Positions 9,286 to 18,568 of a stretch of 64,000 bases of DNA are shown in pieces. The notes under the pieces were generated by a model that saw nothing but the letters and a program-made list of their open reading frames with translations, searched no databases and was not told where the DNA came from. Made by a program: the position numbers and the translations under genes. The DNA comes from Verrucomicrobiia bacterium. Lineage in GTDB: Bacteria; Verrucomicrobiota; Verrucomicrobiia; Limisphaerales; JAKPVM01. The stretch covers positions 54,295 through 118,294 of the forward strand of contig JBMFQZ010000009.1 of the NCBI GenBank assembly GCA_049968335.1, in the 5' to 3' direction. Within the stretch, counting starts at the first letter, position 1, and every line of letters begins with the position of its first letter.

Positions 9286-10488
9286 ATGAATCATAACAGG
9301 GTCAGGAGAAGCGTTGATTTTTTAATTACGCTCCTCAGCGGAGCGGTTTTCATCTCATTTTCAATTGCCGCAGAGGATGTTAGCGGTTTTAAACCCGAAA
9401 AGTTAAGAGAGATAGAAGCGGCGATATCAGAGTCAATTAACGCCCGCAATCTTCCCGGCGCGGTAATCTGCATTGGGCACAGGGAGCATCTTTATTTAAA
9501 GTCTTTTGGGAATCGTTCATTAGCGCCTGAAAAATCGCCAATGACCGTTGACACAATCTTTGACGCCGCATCTCTTACCAAGGTTATTGCTACCGCGCCA
9601 TCAATTATGCTGCTTGTTGAGCGGGGCAAAATTGCGTCGCTTGATGACCCGGTTAAAAACTATATCAAGGAATTTGACCGCGAGGGGAGGGAAAAGATAA
9701 CCATCAGACATCTATTAACGCACACTTCTGGATTAAGGGCGGGAATAAGTCCAAATCCGCCGTGGAACGGATATGATACCGGTATAAAACTTGCCTGCGC
9801 AGAAAAACCGCGCACAGCGCCGGGGACAAATTTTCTGTACAGCGATATAAATTTTATTCTTCTTGGAGAAATCGTTCACAGGGTATCGGGTATGCCTCTG
9901 AATGAGTTTGCTGAAAAAGAGATATTCATTCCGCTGAAGATGTTTGACACCGGTTTTTTGCCGCAAAAAGAGAAGATATCGCGGATTGCGCCCACTCAAT
10001 TTATTGGTAAAGAAATGTTGCGCGGCGTTGTTCACGACCCGGTGGCAAGGAATATGGGCGGCGTTGCCGGGCATGCAGGCGTTTTTACTACAGCCTCTGA
10101 CCTTGCGCGATTTTGCAGGATGTTTTTAAACAATGGAGAACTTGACGGCGTTAGAATTTTAAAGCCTGAGACAGTTAGATTGATGCGAACCGTACAAACG
10201 ACAAATTTAGAGGCAAAACGGGGATTGGGTTGGGACATAGATTCAGGATACAGCAAACCGCGCGGGAAACTTTTCCCTATTGGTTCGTATGGACACACCG
10301 GTTTTACCGGCACCGCATTGTGGATTGATCCATATTCGCAAGTCTTCTGGATTTTTCTATCAAACCGTGTTCATCCCGATGGAAAAGGGAATGTCCTTGC
10401 GCTGGAATATTTTCTCGGCACGCTTGTTGCGGAGGCAATTAATGGCGTTAATTATTCAGAAATCAATACTGAGAATAAATCTAAATAG
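9286..10488 (+). CDS. serine hydrolase, beta-lactamase/transpeptidase-like (class C family)
   Basis: 400 aa with a signal-like N-terminus, an S-x-x-K motif (ASLTKV), and YSDINFILLG and HTGFTG blocks typical of the AmpC/esterase EstB family. Confidence 0.85.
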   Translation: MNHNRVRRSVDFLITLLSGAVFISFSIAAEDVSGFKPEKLREIEAAISESINARNLPGAVICIGHREHLYLKSFGNRSLAPEKSPMTVDTIFDAASLTKVIATAPSIMLLVERGKIASLDDPVKNYIKEFDREGREKITIRHLLTHTSGLRAGISPNPPWNGYDTGIKLACAEKPRTAPGTNFLYSDINFILLGEIVHRVSGMPLNEFAEKEIFIPLKMFDTGFLPQKEKISRIAPTQFIGKEMLRGVVHDPVARNMGGVAGHAGVFTTASDLARFCRMFLNNGELDGVRILKPETVRLMRTVQTTNLEAKRGLGWDIDSGYSKPRGKLFPIGSYGHTGFTGTALWIDPYSQVFWIFLSNRVHPDGKGNVLALEYFLGTLVAEAINGVNYSEINTENKSK

Positions 10489-10549
10489 AACCGGTTAAAT
10501 GACCGATGGTTTTAGCCGTTTGCAAGAATGAACCAAATTAATCAGGCGA

Positions 10550-12436
10550 TTATTTTTTGCCTTTCATTTTTTCAATCCTTGATTGTAGAAAATCGGCATG
10601 ACGGATTGCATAACTGAAATTTGTCGGGTCGTTTATTTGTCTCAAATAGTAGATCGCCTTTTCAATCTCTCCACATTGTTCATAGATTGAGGAAAGATAA
10701 TACCGGGCGTAATTTGCCCGTTTTTCGTCTATGGCGTTATTGATTTGCAGTTGATACGCGGTGATTAGACCGTTTGTTTCATCGGCATTCTGGAATGCCC
10801 GCGCGCTGTAAACAAGCATCTGGTCTAAAAGCGATTTGTCCTGATCTGTCTGTTTGAACAGATTGAGATTTGGAAAAATATAGGCTTCGCTGATGCGCGA
10901 AGCCAGCCAGAAATTTTGGGCGTAATCAAGCGCGCAGCGCATAGCGTCATAAGCAATCTTTAAACCGGTTTGCTTTTTATCAAGCGGCTCAAGTCCAAGC
11001 AGCCTGTCTGCCACCGACAATTGCTCGCCGATGATTTGATAGAGCGCCGAATAACTTGAGGCTTCATTCATTCTTCTAACCATATTGCGAGAAAAAATCC
11101 CGTACTGGTTTTTTTCTTCCTGCTCCTTGGCGGCGAGCTGCCGCTGTAAATCCGACAATTTTTTTCGCAATTCGTCAACGCGCGCGGTTAACTTTTTAAT
11201 CTCATCCTGAGCAGCCTGTTGCGACTTTTCATTTGCCGAAATTTCCTGCGCTATTTTTATAATTTCCTGCCGCGACTTTTTAACATTGTCGTCAATAAAT
11301 GTTATATTTGTTTTTAAATTAAACAGATTAGTCTCAAGCGTTCGCAGATTAGCGGTGTGACTTTTAAGGCTATTTTCCTTCTCTGATAAGGTCTGAGAAA
11401 GGTTTGATATATCTCTTTTTACCCTGTCCAGTTCGTTCTCCTTTGCAAGGATGGTTTTTGTTAATTCATCTATATTGCTCTGCGCCAGTTCAATCTGGCT
11501 CTGCCAGTTTGTTGATTGATTCGTCAAATTAGTAATGCTGCCTTGAATTTCAAGAAGTTTGTTTTTCTCGCTTTGAATCAAGGCAACCTTATCCGATCTA
11601 TTTGTCTTTAACGAATCAATCTTGGCATTCAATTCCAGAATCTTCTTATCAATATCGGCAAGGGCTTTTTCATCCTGTGTATTTGTCGTTTTCTTCGCAA
11701 CAAGATTTGAGACCGACTCTGTCGCTTTGGACAACTCGGCATCGATACCCTGCAAATCCTTTTCCAATCGTGATATGCTTTTTTCGCTCTCAGGAACAGC
11801 GCGGGTTTTCTGTTTTAATTCGGAGGTAACAGCAGTCTGGTTTGTTTTTGCATCAGATAACTTCTGTTTTAATTTTGCCAAACTGCCTTTTTGTTCGCCA
11901 ATCTCATTTGTCAGCGCGGCAGTCTTTTTGTTTAAAGAATCTAATTGTTTTTTCAAATCATCGACTATTGACGTTCTTGCCAGAACATTTGACCGTTCAA
12001 TAGAAACCTCGTCCTCTCTGTTGGTTAGCCGTCGTTGAGCCGATTTCAAATCTTCTTCAAGCGAAGCGGTTTTAGATTTTAACCTGCTCAATTTATCCTG
12101 CAAATCATTGCGATCTTTTCTCAATTTCGCAATGTTGTCTTTTAAAACCGCAACATTTGAATTTGCAAGGAATATCTGGTTGGTAATGCTTGAAATCTCC
12201 ACTTTTATATTCGCAATCGTGGTTTTTATATCAAAATCAAAATCGGATTTAAAATCTTTTCTCGTCGCATTCTTTTTTAAATAACTTCGTATTTCATATT
12301 TTTTAAACCATACGGTATTTGATAAATAACCGTATGCAAAATAAAGACCTGCTACGAACGCGACGATCAGGCAAATTACCCCTATTACTTTTAATAAACT
12401 TTTAAAATTTAAAGGTTCATTAACCTGCTTTAGCAT
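10550..12436 (-). CDS. membrane-anchored long coiled-coil protein with conserved helical-repeat C-terminal module (paralog of 12438..13649)
   Basis: 628 aa: short N-terminus, one TM helix, a basic WFKKYEIRSYLKK box, about 400 aa rich in heptad-like K/E/L/S/N/Q sequence, then a conserved C-terminal module (YAQNFWLASRISEAYIFPNL...LSSIYEQCGEIEKAIYYLRQI). Confidence 0.7.
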   Translation of the reverse strand: MLKQVNEPLNFKSLLKVIGVICLIVAFVAGLYFAYGYLSNTVWFKKYEIRSYLKKNATRKDFKSDFDFDIKTTIANIKVEISSITNQIFLANSNVAVLKDNIAKLRKDRNDLQDKLSRLKSKTASLEEDLKSAQRRLTNREDEVSIERSNVLARTSIVDDLKKQLDSLNKKTAALTNEIGEQKGSLAKLKQKLSDAKTNQTAVTSELKQKTRAVPESEKSISRLEKDLQGIDAELSKATESVSNLVAKKTTNTQDEKALADIDKKILELNAKIDSLKTNRSDKVALIQSEKNKLLEIQGSITNLTNQSTNWQSQIELAQSNIDELTKTILAKENELDRVKRDISNLSQTLSEKENSLKSHTANLRTLETNLFNLKTNITFIDDNVKKSRQEIIKIAQEISANEKSQQAAQDEIKKLTARVDELRKKLSDLQRQLAAKEQEEKNQYGIFSRNMVRRMNEASSYSALYQIIGEQLSVADRLLGLEPLDKKQTGLKIAYDAMRCALDYAQNFWLASRISEAYIFPNLNLFKQTDQDKSLLDQMLVYSARAFQNADETNGLITAYQLQINNAIDEKRANYARYYLSSIYEQCGEIEKAIYYLRQINDPTNFSYAIRHADFLQSRIEKMKGKK

Positions 12437-12437
12437 A

Positions 12438-13649
12438 TCATTTCTTTGTTTGTTTCGGCTGCGGATTTAGTTTTGCTTCAAGCGCTGGTATTCGCCTTAA
12501 TTGAGCCGCAAAGTTATTCGTATTTTGAATTTCTTTTAAATATTTGATCGCCGATTTTAGGTCTCCCATCTGCTCGTAGATTACTGAGAGTTGGACCCGC
12601 GACCAGTCAGCGCGCGCGCTGCCGCCGGTTTTTTCTATCATAGTATGATAGGCGCGTATGACGTTGTTGGTCTCTTCCACATTTCTGAATGCCTGAACTG
12701 ACTCATTCAAAATATTCTCCATACTCAGCGGCATCTTCCAGTTCGGGTCTGTTGCGTCATAAAGGTTCGGCAACAGATACCCTTCGTAAATCCTTGCCGC
12801 AAGCCAGTAGTTCTCCGCATAGTTTTGAGCGTCAAGCGCTGCTTGACGGGCAATTCCGAGCCCAACCTTTCTAAACGCCGGATTCACGCTCTCAAGCAGA
12901 GCGTCCGCAACCCAGAGTTCCTGACCTATCGCCTCATACATTGCCCTGTATGTTGTGGCTTGATTAAGTTTTTCTCTGGTTTTCTTCATAAACTCGTTTT
13001 GGGCGACTACCAGAGCGTTCGTTGGGCTCAATGTTATTGAGCCAAGCAGAGCCTGTTGCTGCGCGTTTATCTGTCCTTGAATCTCCTTTATATCCTGCCA
13101 GTAGGTATCTATCTGTTTTCTGAGAGAATTAAGTTGTTCCTGCTTTGAGGCGAGCGTGGATTGCAGGTTTGCTATTTCTGTGTTATTGGTTCCGATAGAT
13201 GTTGGTTGCCCCGTAGATGTTGAGCCCTGACTTTTCGCAATATCGGCTTTTTTCTGTTCGATTGTCTTTTTAAGATTGTCTATCTCTGCGGTTAGAGTCT
13301 TATTAGAAACAGACAAAACGTCCACTTCCGCCCGCAAGGTCTTGATATCTTTTTTCGTCAATTTGCCGACAAGATTTTCAGATGGCTTGTTTGTCTTTAA
13401 CACATCGGGAACAGTTTGCATTTCTCTTTTTGACGGAAATTGGAAGTCTGTTTGAAAACCTCTCTTGCCTGTCTGCTGCTTAAGATATCTCTGAATTTTC
13501 CATTTAACATACCACGACGGTTTTGAATTTGTTATATAAGACCAGCCGCCAGCAATCCCGCCGATTAAAACGCAGATTATAACTATTGTAATTATTAACG
13601 ATGTCTGTTTTGCGCGGTTTCCCTGAGGGGGTTGATTCTTTGTTTCCAT
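12438..13649 (-). CDS. membrane-anchored coiled-coil protein, shorter paralog of 10550..12436
   Basis: 403 aa with the same architecture: TM, WYVKWKIQRYLKQ box, shorter coiled coil, C-terminal YAENYWLAARIYEGYLLPNL...LSVIYEQMGDLKSAIKYLKEI. Its stop lies 1 nt from the downstream start. Confidence 0.7.
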   Translation of the reverse strand: METKNQPPQGNRAKQTSLIITIVIICVLIGGIAGGWSYITNSKPSWYVKWKIQRYLKQQTGKRGFQTDFQFPSKREMQTVPDVLKTNKPSENLVGKLTKKDIKTLRAEVDVLSVSNKTLTAEIDNLKKTIEQKKADIAKSQGSTSTGQPTSIGTNNTEIANLQSTLASKQEQLNSLRKQIDTYWQDIKEIQGQINAQQQALLGSITLSPTNALVVAQNEFMKKTREKLNQATTYRAMYEAIGQELWVADALLESVNPAFRKVGLGIARQAALDAQNYAENYWLAARIYEGYLLPNLYDATDPNWKMPLSMENILNESVQAFRNVEETNNVIRAYHTMIEKTGGSARADWSRVQLSVIYEQMGDLKSAIKYLKEIQNTNNFAAQLRRIPALEAKLNPQPKQTKK

Positions 13650-13812
13650 AACTTTGTTAACTTTTCTCTGTTAATTAAATAATTTATCAAAACAACATTA
13701 TGCAAATATTACCCAGCATTGATCTTCTTATTCGCAATATTAGACGGCGAGAAGAGGGGATTAATTCAAAGAATGTTTGTCCCGAATACGACCGCGCAAA
13801 ATCATAAAAAAG

Positions 13813-15858
13813 TTAGCCGCCGATTGGCTCCCGGTATGGCTTTGACTGGCGATACAAATCAAGCAATTTTCTATTCTTTTCGATAAATTCCTGTTCTCCG
13901 CGCTCTGTGGCAAGTTGAATTGCCTTTTGAGCGATATTTATAGCGTCGTCAAATCGTCTCATCTCGGCATAAGCCGCCGCGAGCGTTCCGAGAATGACGG
14001 TGTTTTTTCCGCCCGTAAGCCTGTTTGCCTTTTCAGCATATTCCACCGCCTCTTTGCCATTTCTCAATGAATCTTCTGGCAGAGTGGCGAGCAACCATGC
14101 CAGATTATTCAACGCCGCTGGCATAGCGGGATTTAGTTCAACGCACTTTTTATAATGTTCAATCGCCTCGCGGGGAAATCCGTTTGCGGAATATAAAAAT
14201 CCGAGCGTGTATTGAATCTCTGGGTCGTAGCGATTAATTTTTTCTGCCACTTTTGCGGCTTTTAACGCATCCTGTTTATTACCGGATTGATTCAAGACCC
14301 TGGCAAGCGCCTTCCATCCGAACGGAATATCCGGACGCAACTCAATGGCAATCTTGTATTGTTCTTCAGCGGAAGCCAGATTGCCCTCTTTTTCAAAAAC
14401 CATACCGAGGTTAAGTCGCGCTTCAACAAAGCGGGGATGGATCGCAAGGGCGTCTAAAAATTGCTCCTTTGCCTCTTGTATATTTCCTTGATAAAAAAGC
14501 GCCAGACCGTAGTTGCAACGGGCGATAAAGTTGTTTCTCGTATTCTCAAGAGTTTGCCTAAAAAGAGTAAGGCTGTTCTGCCAGTATTTTAACTGATTTG
14601 AAGTTAAAACAATACAGACGCAAATGGTTATCGCAGCGGCGAGTCTATCAATTCTAAACTTAACCAGTCTAACCCCCTCCAGCCGCGACCCCAGCCCCCA
14701 AACAAACATTATAAACAGTCCAATCACAGGAAAATAGAGAAACCGCAGCGCCATTGATTGAATCCCGGCTTGAACAATTCCGCTCACAGGAACCAGCATT
14801 CCTAAGAACCACAACCAGCCCACTAACGGCATAGGCTCTTTGCGACTAATAAACATTAGATAAATCGTTATCGCAATTAACAGAACCAAACTCCCATAAA
14901 CAACATCTCTCTCCCAGATTCCAGGATGCGGGTAGACAATCGCAAAACCAGCGGGAATAATTATTTTCTTAATATAGGCGGCATAAGCGACAATTGCGTT
15001 TTCTATCCGCAATGTAAGCGGCAGACCGCGCATAATCCCGCCAAGCGCGTTGTGCGCAAGTATGGTTATTACGGAGGAGGCAATCGTCAGAGTAAAAAAC
15101 GGTAATTTCTCTATTACAACGCGAGACAGTTGACTCTTTCTATCTGCTTTATTGCTTGATTTAAGAGCAATTCTCCTTAACGGATAAAAATCAAGTATCA
15201 ATAGTAAAAACGGGATTGGCGTCAGCGCCGGTTTTGACATCAAGCAGAATGCGAAAAACAGAATGGACATAATATAATGTTTTACTTTCGCTGTTTTAAC
15301 GTATTTCAAATAACTCCAGAAAACAAGCAATGCAAACAATGTTGCCAGCAGGTTTTTCCTTTCACTTATCCAGGCAACAGTTTCAATCTGGACCGGGTGC
15401 AGGGCGAAGAGGGCTGCAACAATAGCGCTTTTGCCTGGTGAATCTGTAAGACGGTTTAATACCAAAAGAAGGAGGATTGAATTTATTATATGATAAAACA
15501 GGTTCATCAAATGGAATGCGCCCGGTTTTGCTCCAAACAGCTGGCAATCTATAAATAAAGATATCCAGGTTAATGGATGCCAGTATGTTTTTTCAGTATT
15601 GATGTTTGCAAATGCCCATTTAATACCTTCCCACGTTAATCCATTAAGGACATACGGATTGAGTGTGATATAATCCGGGTCATCGTAGATTAAGAACTCA
15701 TAGTATGCGACTGGAAGGTAAACAAGAATAGTCACAACCGCGATAGCGGAGGCATATATCCAGAGCCTCTTGCGGCTATCGCTGTAAAATGATTGATTAT
15801 CGTTGTTTTCAGCCGAAACCATCTTTAAGACAATGCCAGAAATGATTGCTTTGTTCAA
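13813..15858 (-). CDS. polytopic membrane protein with C-terminal TPR repeats, TMTC/PMT_2-like GT-C glycosyltransferase candidate
   Basis: 681 aa with about 10 TM helices, an early loop motif YEFLIYDDPDYITLNPYV (the DD motif typical of TMTC-like and ArnT-like GT-C enzymes), and about 7 C-terminal TPR units. Confidence 0.65.
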   Translation of the reverse strand: MNKAIISGIVLKMVSAENNDNQSFYSDSRKRLWIYASAIAVVTILVYLPVAYYEFLIYDDPDYITLNPYVLNGLTWEGIKWAFANINTEKTYWHPLTWISLFIDCQLFGAKPGAFHLMNLFYHIINSILLLLVLNRLTDSPGKSAIVAALFALHPVQIETVAWISERKNLLATLFALLVFWSYLKYVKTAKVKHYIMSILFFAFCLMSKPALTPIPFLLLILDFYPLRRIALKSSNKADRKSQLSRVVIEKLPFFTLTIASSVITILAHNALGGIMRGLPLTLRIENAIVAYAAYIKKIIIPAGFAIVYPHPGIWERDVVYGSLVLLIAITIYLMFISRKEPMPLVGWLWFLGMLVPVSGIVQAGIQSMALRFLYFPVIGLFIMFVWGLGSRLEGVRLVKFRIDRLAAAITICVCIVLTSNQLKYWQNSLTLFRQTLENTRNNFIARCNYGLALFYQGNIQEAKEQFLDALAIHPRFVEARLNLGMVFEKEGNLASAEEQYKIAIELRPDIPFGWKALARVLNQSGNKQDALKAAKVAEKINRYDPEIQYTLGFLYSANGFPREAIEHYKKCVELNPAMPAALNNLAWLLATLPEDSLRNGKEAVEYAEKANRLTGGKNTVILGTLAAAYAEMRRFDDAINIAQKAIQLATERGEQEFIEKNRKLLDLYRQSKPYREPIGG

Positions 15859-16016
15859 TTCTGAGTTTAGTTCCCGATATGCCGCAAATTTCTATATTTT
15901 AATTGTTTATAATCTGATTAAATTTTATGATGATTGCGAACAAATTCAAAGAAACATAGTCTAATGAAGTAAAATGAGAATTGATTAATTTGATTTTAAT
16001 AGGACGCGGGAAAAAG

Positions 16017-17750
16017 ATGGATCGTTGTAAGAAAAACATAATATTTGTTGCCGTAATTTTATGGCTGTTAGCCGCTGGCGTTCATCTTTGCGCCGCTACA
16101 TTGACTGCGACAATTGATCCTCCAACGGTAACAGTTGGAGAATCAGCAACATTAAACCTTGTTTTTGAAGGCGGCGTTCCTGACAGCGAGGTGAAATTGC
16201 CTGTTATTGACAATTTAGACTTCCAGTTCACCGGACAAAGTTCGCGTCAGATAATTATCAACAATCGAATATCGTCGCAGTATGTAATTTCTTATGCTGT
16301 TTCGTCTCAAAAAGAAGGCGAATACACAATCCCTTCTATCGTTGCCACAGTGGGTGGGCAACGGGTTTCAAGTCAGCCAATAAAATTTGTTGTCGGCAAG
16401 GCGAATAATAGCGATATAGAACGATTTGCCAGATTGCGGCTGACGGTATCAAGAAGTCAGGTCAGGGTGGGGGAACCATTTTATGTGGAAATCCGTCTAT
16501 TATTTCTTGCGATGAATGGGGCTGAACAGCCGCAAATTGGAGCCGATGGATTTACAATTGGAAAACTGGCGCAAAATGAATCCCATACGATTGAAGACGG
16601 CAGGTCGTGGCGTCTGATTACATTTAAAACATTTGCCACAGCGATTAAGCCTGGTGAATTGACGCTTGGTCCTGCAACAATGAAGGTAACGATACCAGCC
16701 AGACTTGAACGAAACTTTTTCGGAGAAACAGTTGTGGCTTCTTGGCGGACTGTTGTTCTTACTACCAGCGCGTATAAGATCAAATCCGAGCCGCTCCCAT
16801 CCATCAATGTGCCGTCAGAATTCAACGGGGCTATCGGTGTTTATAATATGACGGTAAATGTTGCACCGACTAATGTTGCGGTAGGGGACCCAATAACCGT
16901 AAAAGTTACTATCAGCGGACGCGGACCGATTGAGTCGCTCACCCTTCCCGAACAACCGCAGTGGTCTGAATTCAAAGTCTATCCGCCGACAAGCAGGGTT
17001 GAGTTATCAGACCAGTTCGGGCTTGCAGGGTCAAAAATTTTTGAGCAGGTAGTCGTTGCAAAATCCACTGAAACAAGAGAACTACCGCCGTTCACATTCG
17101 CATATTTTGACACCGATAAACAACAATATCAGGTTCTCAAAGGTCCTCTTGTGCCGCTTATCGTAAGACCGAGCGCCGGAAACACTGTCGTATTTGCTTC
17201 AACAAATTCAGAACCGTCAGCAATTCAGACCGATATAGTCCATATCAAAACAAGACCGGGGGCTATCGGTACAATTTCTACGCCGCTTATCACAAGCCCG
17301 GTCTTCTGGACTGTTCAAACAATCCCTGCAATTGCATGGTTTGGTCTTCTTCTAAGAAGAAAACGGCTTGATGAATTAGCAAACAATCCTAAACTGCGCA
17401 GACGTTTGCAAGCCGAGAAAATAATAAAAGAAGAATTGCAAAGGTTGCCGCAACTTGCGCAATCGGAAAAGACAGAAGAATTCTTTGCGGCAGTATTTCG
17501 GATATTGCAGGAGAAACTTGGCGAGCGATTAGACCTGCCTGCCGTCTCAATTACAGAGTCAGTAATTGATGAACAGCTAAGACCCGCAGGCGCGCCAGAA
17601 GAATTAATACAATCATTGCAAAAACTTTTCTTTGAGTGCAATCAGGCTCGCTATGGCGGAGAGAAAAATGTCCGCCAGTTGAACGAATTTATTCCGATGG
17701 TTGAAAAAACTTTAGAAATGCTTTCTGAGATTGAAATCAAAAATAGTTAA
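16017..17750 (+). CDS. batD: BatD-family (aerotolerance operon) protein
   Basis: About 577 aa from ATG 16017: signal peptide, the repeated beta-rich pattern of BatD (ATIDPPTVTVGESATLNLVFEGG; VAPTNVAVGDPITVKVTISGRG), and a single TM near the C-terminus followed by a helical tail. The track ORF starts earlier at a TTG (15981). Confidence 0.75.
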   Translation: MDRCKKNIIFVAVILWLLAAGVHLCAATLTATIDPPTVTVGESATLNLVFEGGVPDSEVKLPVIDNLDFQFTGQSSRQIIINNRISSQYVISYAVSSQKEGEYTIPSIVATVGGQRVSSQPIKFVVGKANNSDIERFARLRLTVSRSQVRVGEPFYVEIRLLFLAMNGAEQPQIGADGFTIGKLAQNESHTIEDGRSWRLITFKTFATAIKPGELTLGPATMKVTIPARLERNFFGETVVASWRTVVLTTSAYKIKSEPLPSINVPSEFNGAIGVYNMTVNVAPTNVAVGDPITVKVTISGRGPIESLTLPEQPQWSEFKVYPPTSRVELSDQFGLAGSKIFEQVVVAKSTETRELPPFTFAYFDTDKQQYQVLKGPLVPLIVRPSAGNTVVFASTNSEPSAIQTDIVHIKTRPGAIGTISTPLITSPVFWTVQTIPAIAWFGLLLRRKRLDELANNPKLRRRLQAEKIIKEELQRLPQLAQSEKTEEFFAAVFRILQEKLGERLDLPAVSITESVIDEQLRPAGAPEELIQSLQKLFFECNQARYGGEKNVRQLNEFIPMVEKTLEMLSEIEIKNS

Positions 17751-17751
17751 A

Positions 17752-18567
17752 ATGAACCGCATCGGTACAACTGCTGTTAACGTTTGGAAAAGTAGATTGA
17801 GATTTTTTGAAATTAGATCAAACGCGTTTTCTTTCTTTTTTGCGATATTGCTGGGGCTGATGTCATTTTCATCGCTTGCCGCCACTGTTGAAGAAGATTT
17901 TGAACAGGCAAACAGGCTATATGAACAGGGACGCTACACCGAATCGGCGCAGGCTTATGAAAAAATTCTTAAAGCCAGCCGCGCATCTGCGGCGGTCTAT
18001 TTTAACTGGGGGAACGCGCTGTTCAAGTCTGGAAAAATCGGTATGGCTATTTACGCTTATTTAAACGCCGAACGGCTAGCGCCGCGCGATCCTGACATCA
18101 AAGCCAACCTTGAATTTGCGCGAAAAACCGTAAACGGCGGCGCGGTTTTAGTTAAGCGACACTGGACAGATTTGGTCAAAAAATTGACTTTAAATGAATG
18201 GGCAATCCTGCTCGCAGTGGCATTCTGGGGATTGTTTATAATGCTCGCATTATGCCAGTGGAAGACCGAATACAAAAACAAACTTCGGTTTCCCATAAAA
18301 CTTTCTGCTTTTCTTCTGATAATTTTTGGACTCTGTCTTGGATTAAACGCTTATGACCGTATGGCAAATAGAATTGCCATAGCAATAGTTCAGAATGGTT
18401 ATGCCCATCAAGGTCCTCTTGACGAATCGCCAAACAAATTTCCGCTCCGCGACGGTCTTGAATTTACTATCCTTGACAGAAAAGGGGAGTGGCTGCAAGT
18501 CACAGATAATTCAAACCGGATCGGCTGGGTAAAGACAAACGATGTAATAGCGCTACCGCAATGGTAG
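17752..18567 (+). CDS. batE: BatE-like TPR plus SH3b domain membrane protein
   Basis: TPR units (ANRLYEQGRYTESAQAYEKIL..., YFNWGNALFKSGK), two TM helices, and a C-terminal SH3b-like GEWLQVTDNSNRIGWVKTNDV. ATG 17752 lies 1 nt after the batD stop. Confidence 0.7.
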   Translation: MNRIGTTAVNVWKSRLRFFEIRSNAFSFFFAILLGLMSFSSLAATVEEDFEQANRLYEQGRYTESAQAYEKILKASRASAAVYFNWGNALFKSGKIGMAIYAYLNAERLAPRDPDIKANLEFARKTVNGGAVLVKRHWTDLVKKLTLNEWAILLAVAFWGLFIMLALCQWKTEYKNKLRFPIKLSAFLLIIFGLCLGLNAYDRMANRIAIAIVQNGYAHQGPLDESPNKFPLRDGLEFTILDRKGEWLQVTDNSNRIGWVKTNDVIALPQW

Positions 18568-18568
18568 A

